Under the pieces are notes generated by a model that was not told the DNA's origin, did not search any database, and saw only the letters and a list, made by a program, of their open reading frames with translations. A program made the translations under genes and the position numbers. Shown here one piece after another: positions 63,051 through 64,000 of a DNA stretch of 64,000 nt. The stretch is from Octopus bimaculoides (Eukaryota): NCBI RefSeq assembly GCF_001194135.2, contig NC_068985.1, positions 2,719,070 to 2,783,069 of the forward strand, read 5' to 3'. Position 1 is the stretch's first letter. Every line of letters starts with the position of its first letter.

Positions 63051-64000
63051 AATTAACAACTAACTCAACCTTCAAGACAGCACAATTCACATCAACATAA
63101 ATAATCTTCTAAAAATAATGGCCTAAAGACTTATATAATTTTCCCACAACCATCTTAAAAATGAAATACCCACTGGATAATGTAGTTCGAGATACTTCAT
63201 GTCTAAAAATGATGATCACAGCTAGAATGTCTTTGATCACAGGTCCATTGAAACCTGAGATTAAACAATAAAATGATACATTTGGAGTCAAGATTTTATT
63301 GTAACCTAAGTTAAGCTATGTACTGGATGTTAAAGGGTACAGAGAGATCTATATCAAATTGTTTTTCTTTCAGTGTGTCAGCTGAAAATACACAAAATAA
63401 AAGTCAGGGAAAGATGGCAGGTAAAAGTTATTTGGTTAAGAATCTGAAATACTCTCAGAATTCAAAAATGCCAAGAAGCAAAATAGGGACACTTGGTAAA
63501 ATGTGACAGAGCATATCCAGCAAAACCATTCAAGGAATAATGATACATTAGCTGCTGTTCAATTAAGACATTTTACCATAAGCAAATCAATGATGTTGGA
63601 AACTATGTTAGAATGTTAGAGAAACTTCTGAATAAGTTTTCATTATTGAAAATAAGGAAAAATGTACAAATAGGAATAACTTTAGTAGAGTGAGGATGTA
63701 AACAGATTCACAGGAAAAAAATTTAGAAAGAGTACATCCACAATTTTCAAAATGAAATAGAAAAAAGAAAATGGTGAAACATTTTCCTTCCTAAAAGGAA
63801 GAAAAATCTGTCAAACTTGCAAAATATTTATCCAACGTTAATTTGTTTGAAACCTCTTGAGCTGAGCTGCAATGGAGCTAACATAAAACCATTTTAGGCC
63901 TTGCTTTAAGGTAAAAAATAAAATAAAATATGAGTGGAGAAAAAAAAAACAAGTATTAACTAAAGAAAACTGATATTTTCTAAAAGGTAAACTAAAATGT

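Noticed and set aside
63374-63420. 47-nt + strand segment with tttttctttcag and gtaaaag boundaries
   Set aside because: The peptide is unrecognisable, there are no partner exons, and such sites arise by chance in AT-rich DNA.
1-64000. CRISPR array, rRNA, intact tRNA or prokaryotic/viral operon
   Set aside because: No regularly spaced repeat-spacer array, no rRNA-like sequence and no gene-dense region. All tRNA-like motifs are degenerate SINE heads or cassettes.

Overview
Eukaryotic, AT-rich, repeat-saturated draft-assembly DNA with many N gaps. The SINE, microsatellite and transposon repertoire looks like an octopus (coleoid cephalopod) genome; this is my inference and was not checked against a database. 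Only one host coding exon is convincing: a 114-nt internal exon on the minus strand (12535-12648) encoding [38 protein letters not shown]. This is the C-lobe exon of Greatwall/MASTL kinase, so most of the window is probably giant MASTL introns. The rest is dozens of SINE copies (about four recurring families), microsatellites and dead transposons: CR1/Jockey-type LINE, RTE, R4/Dong, Penelope-like (RT + GIY-YIG), Ty3/Gypsy, hAT, mariner, and mariner- and piggyBac-type MITEs. Nearly all ORFs in the supplied track are microsatellite, N-gap or repeat artefacts. I found no evidence for a novel protein-coding system. The best leads are RNA or DNA structures: a near-perfect minimal type I hammerhead ribozyme fold at 23910-23946, a degenerate second one at 61055-61097, a tRNA-like cassette directly behind a Penelope-like ORF, a 265-bp fold-back at 476-740, a loopless palindrome at 23161-23274, and a template-switch hairpin inside a SINE. 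Repeat boundaries were read by eye and are approximate unless stated as exact.
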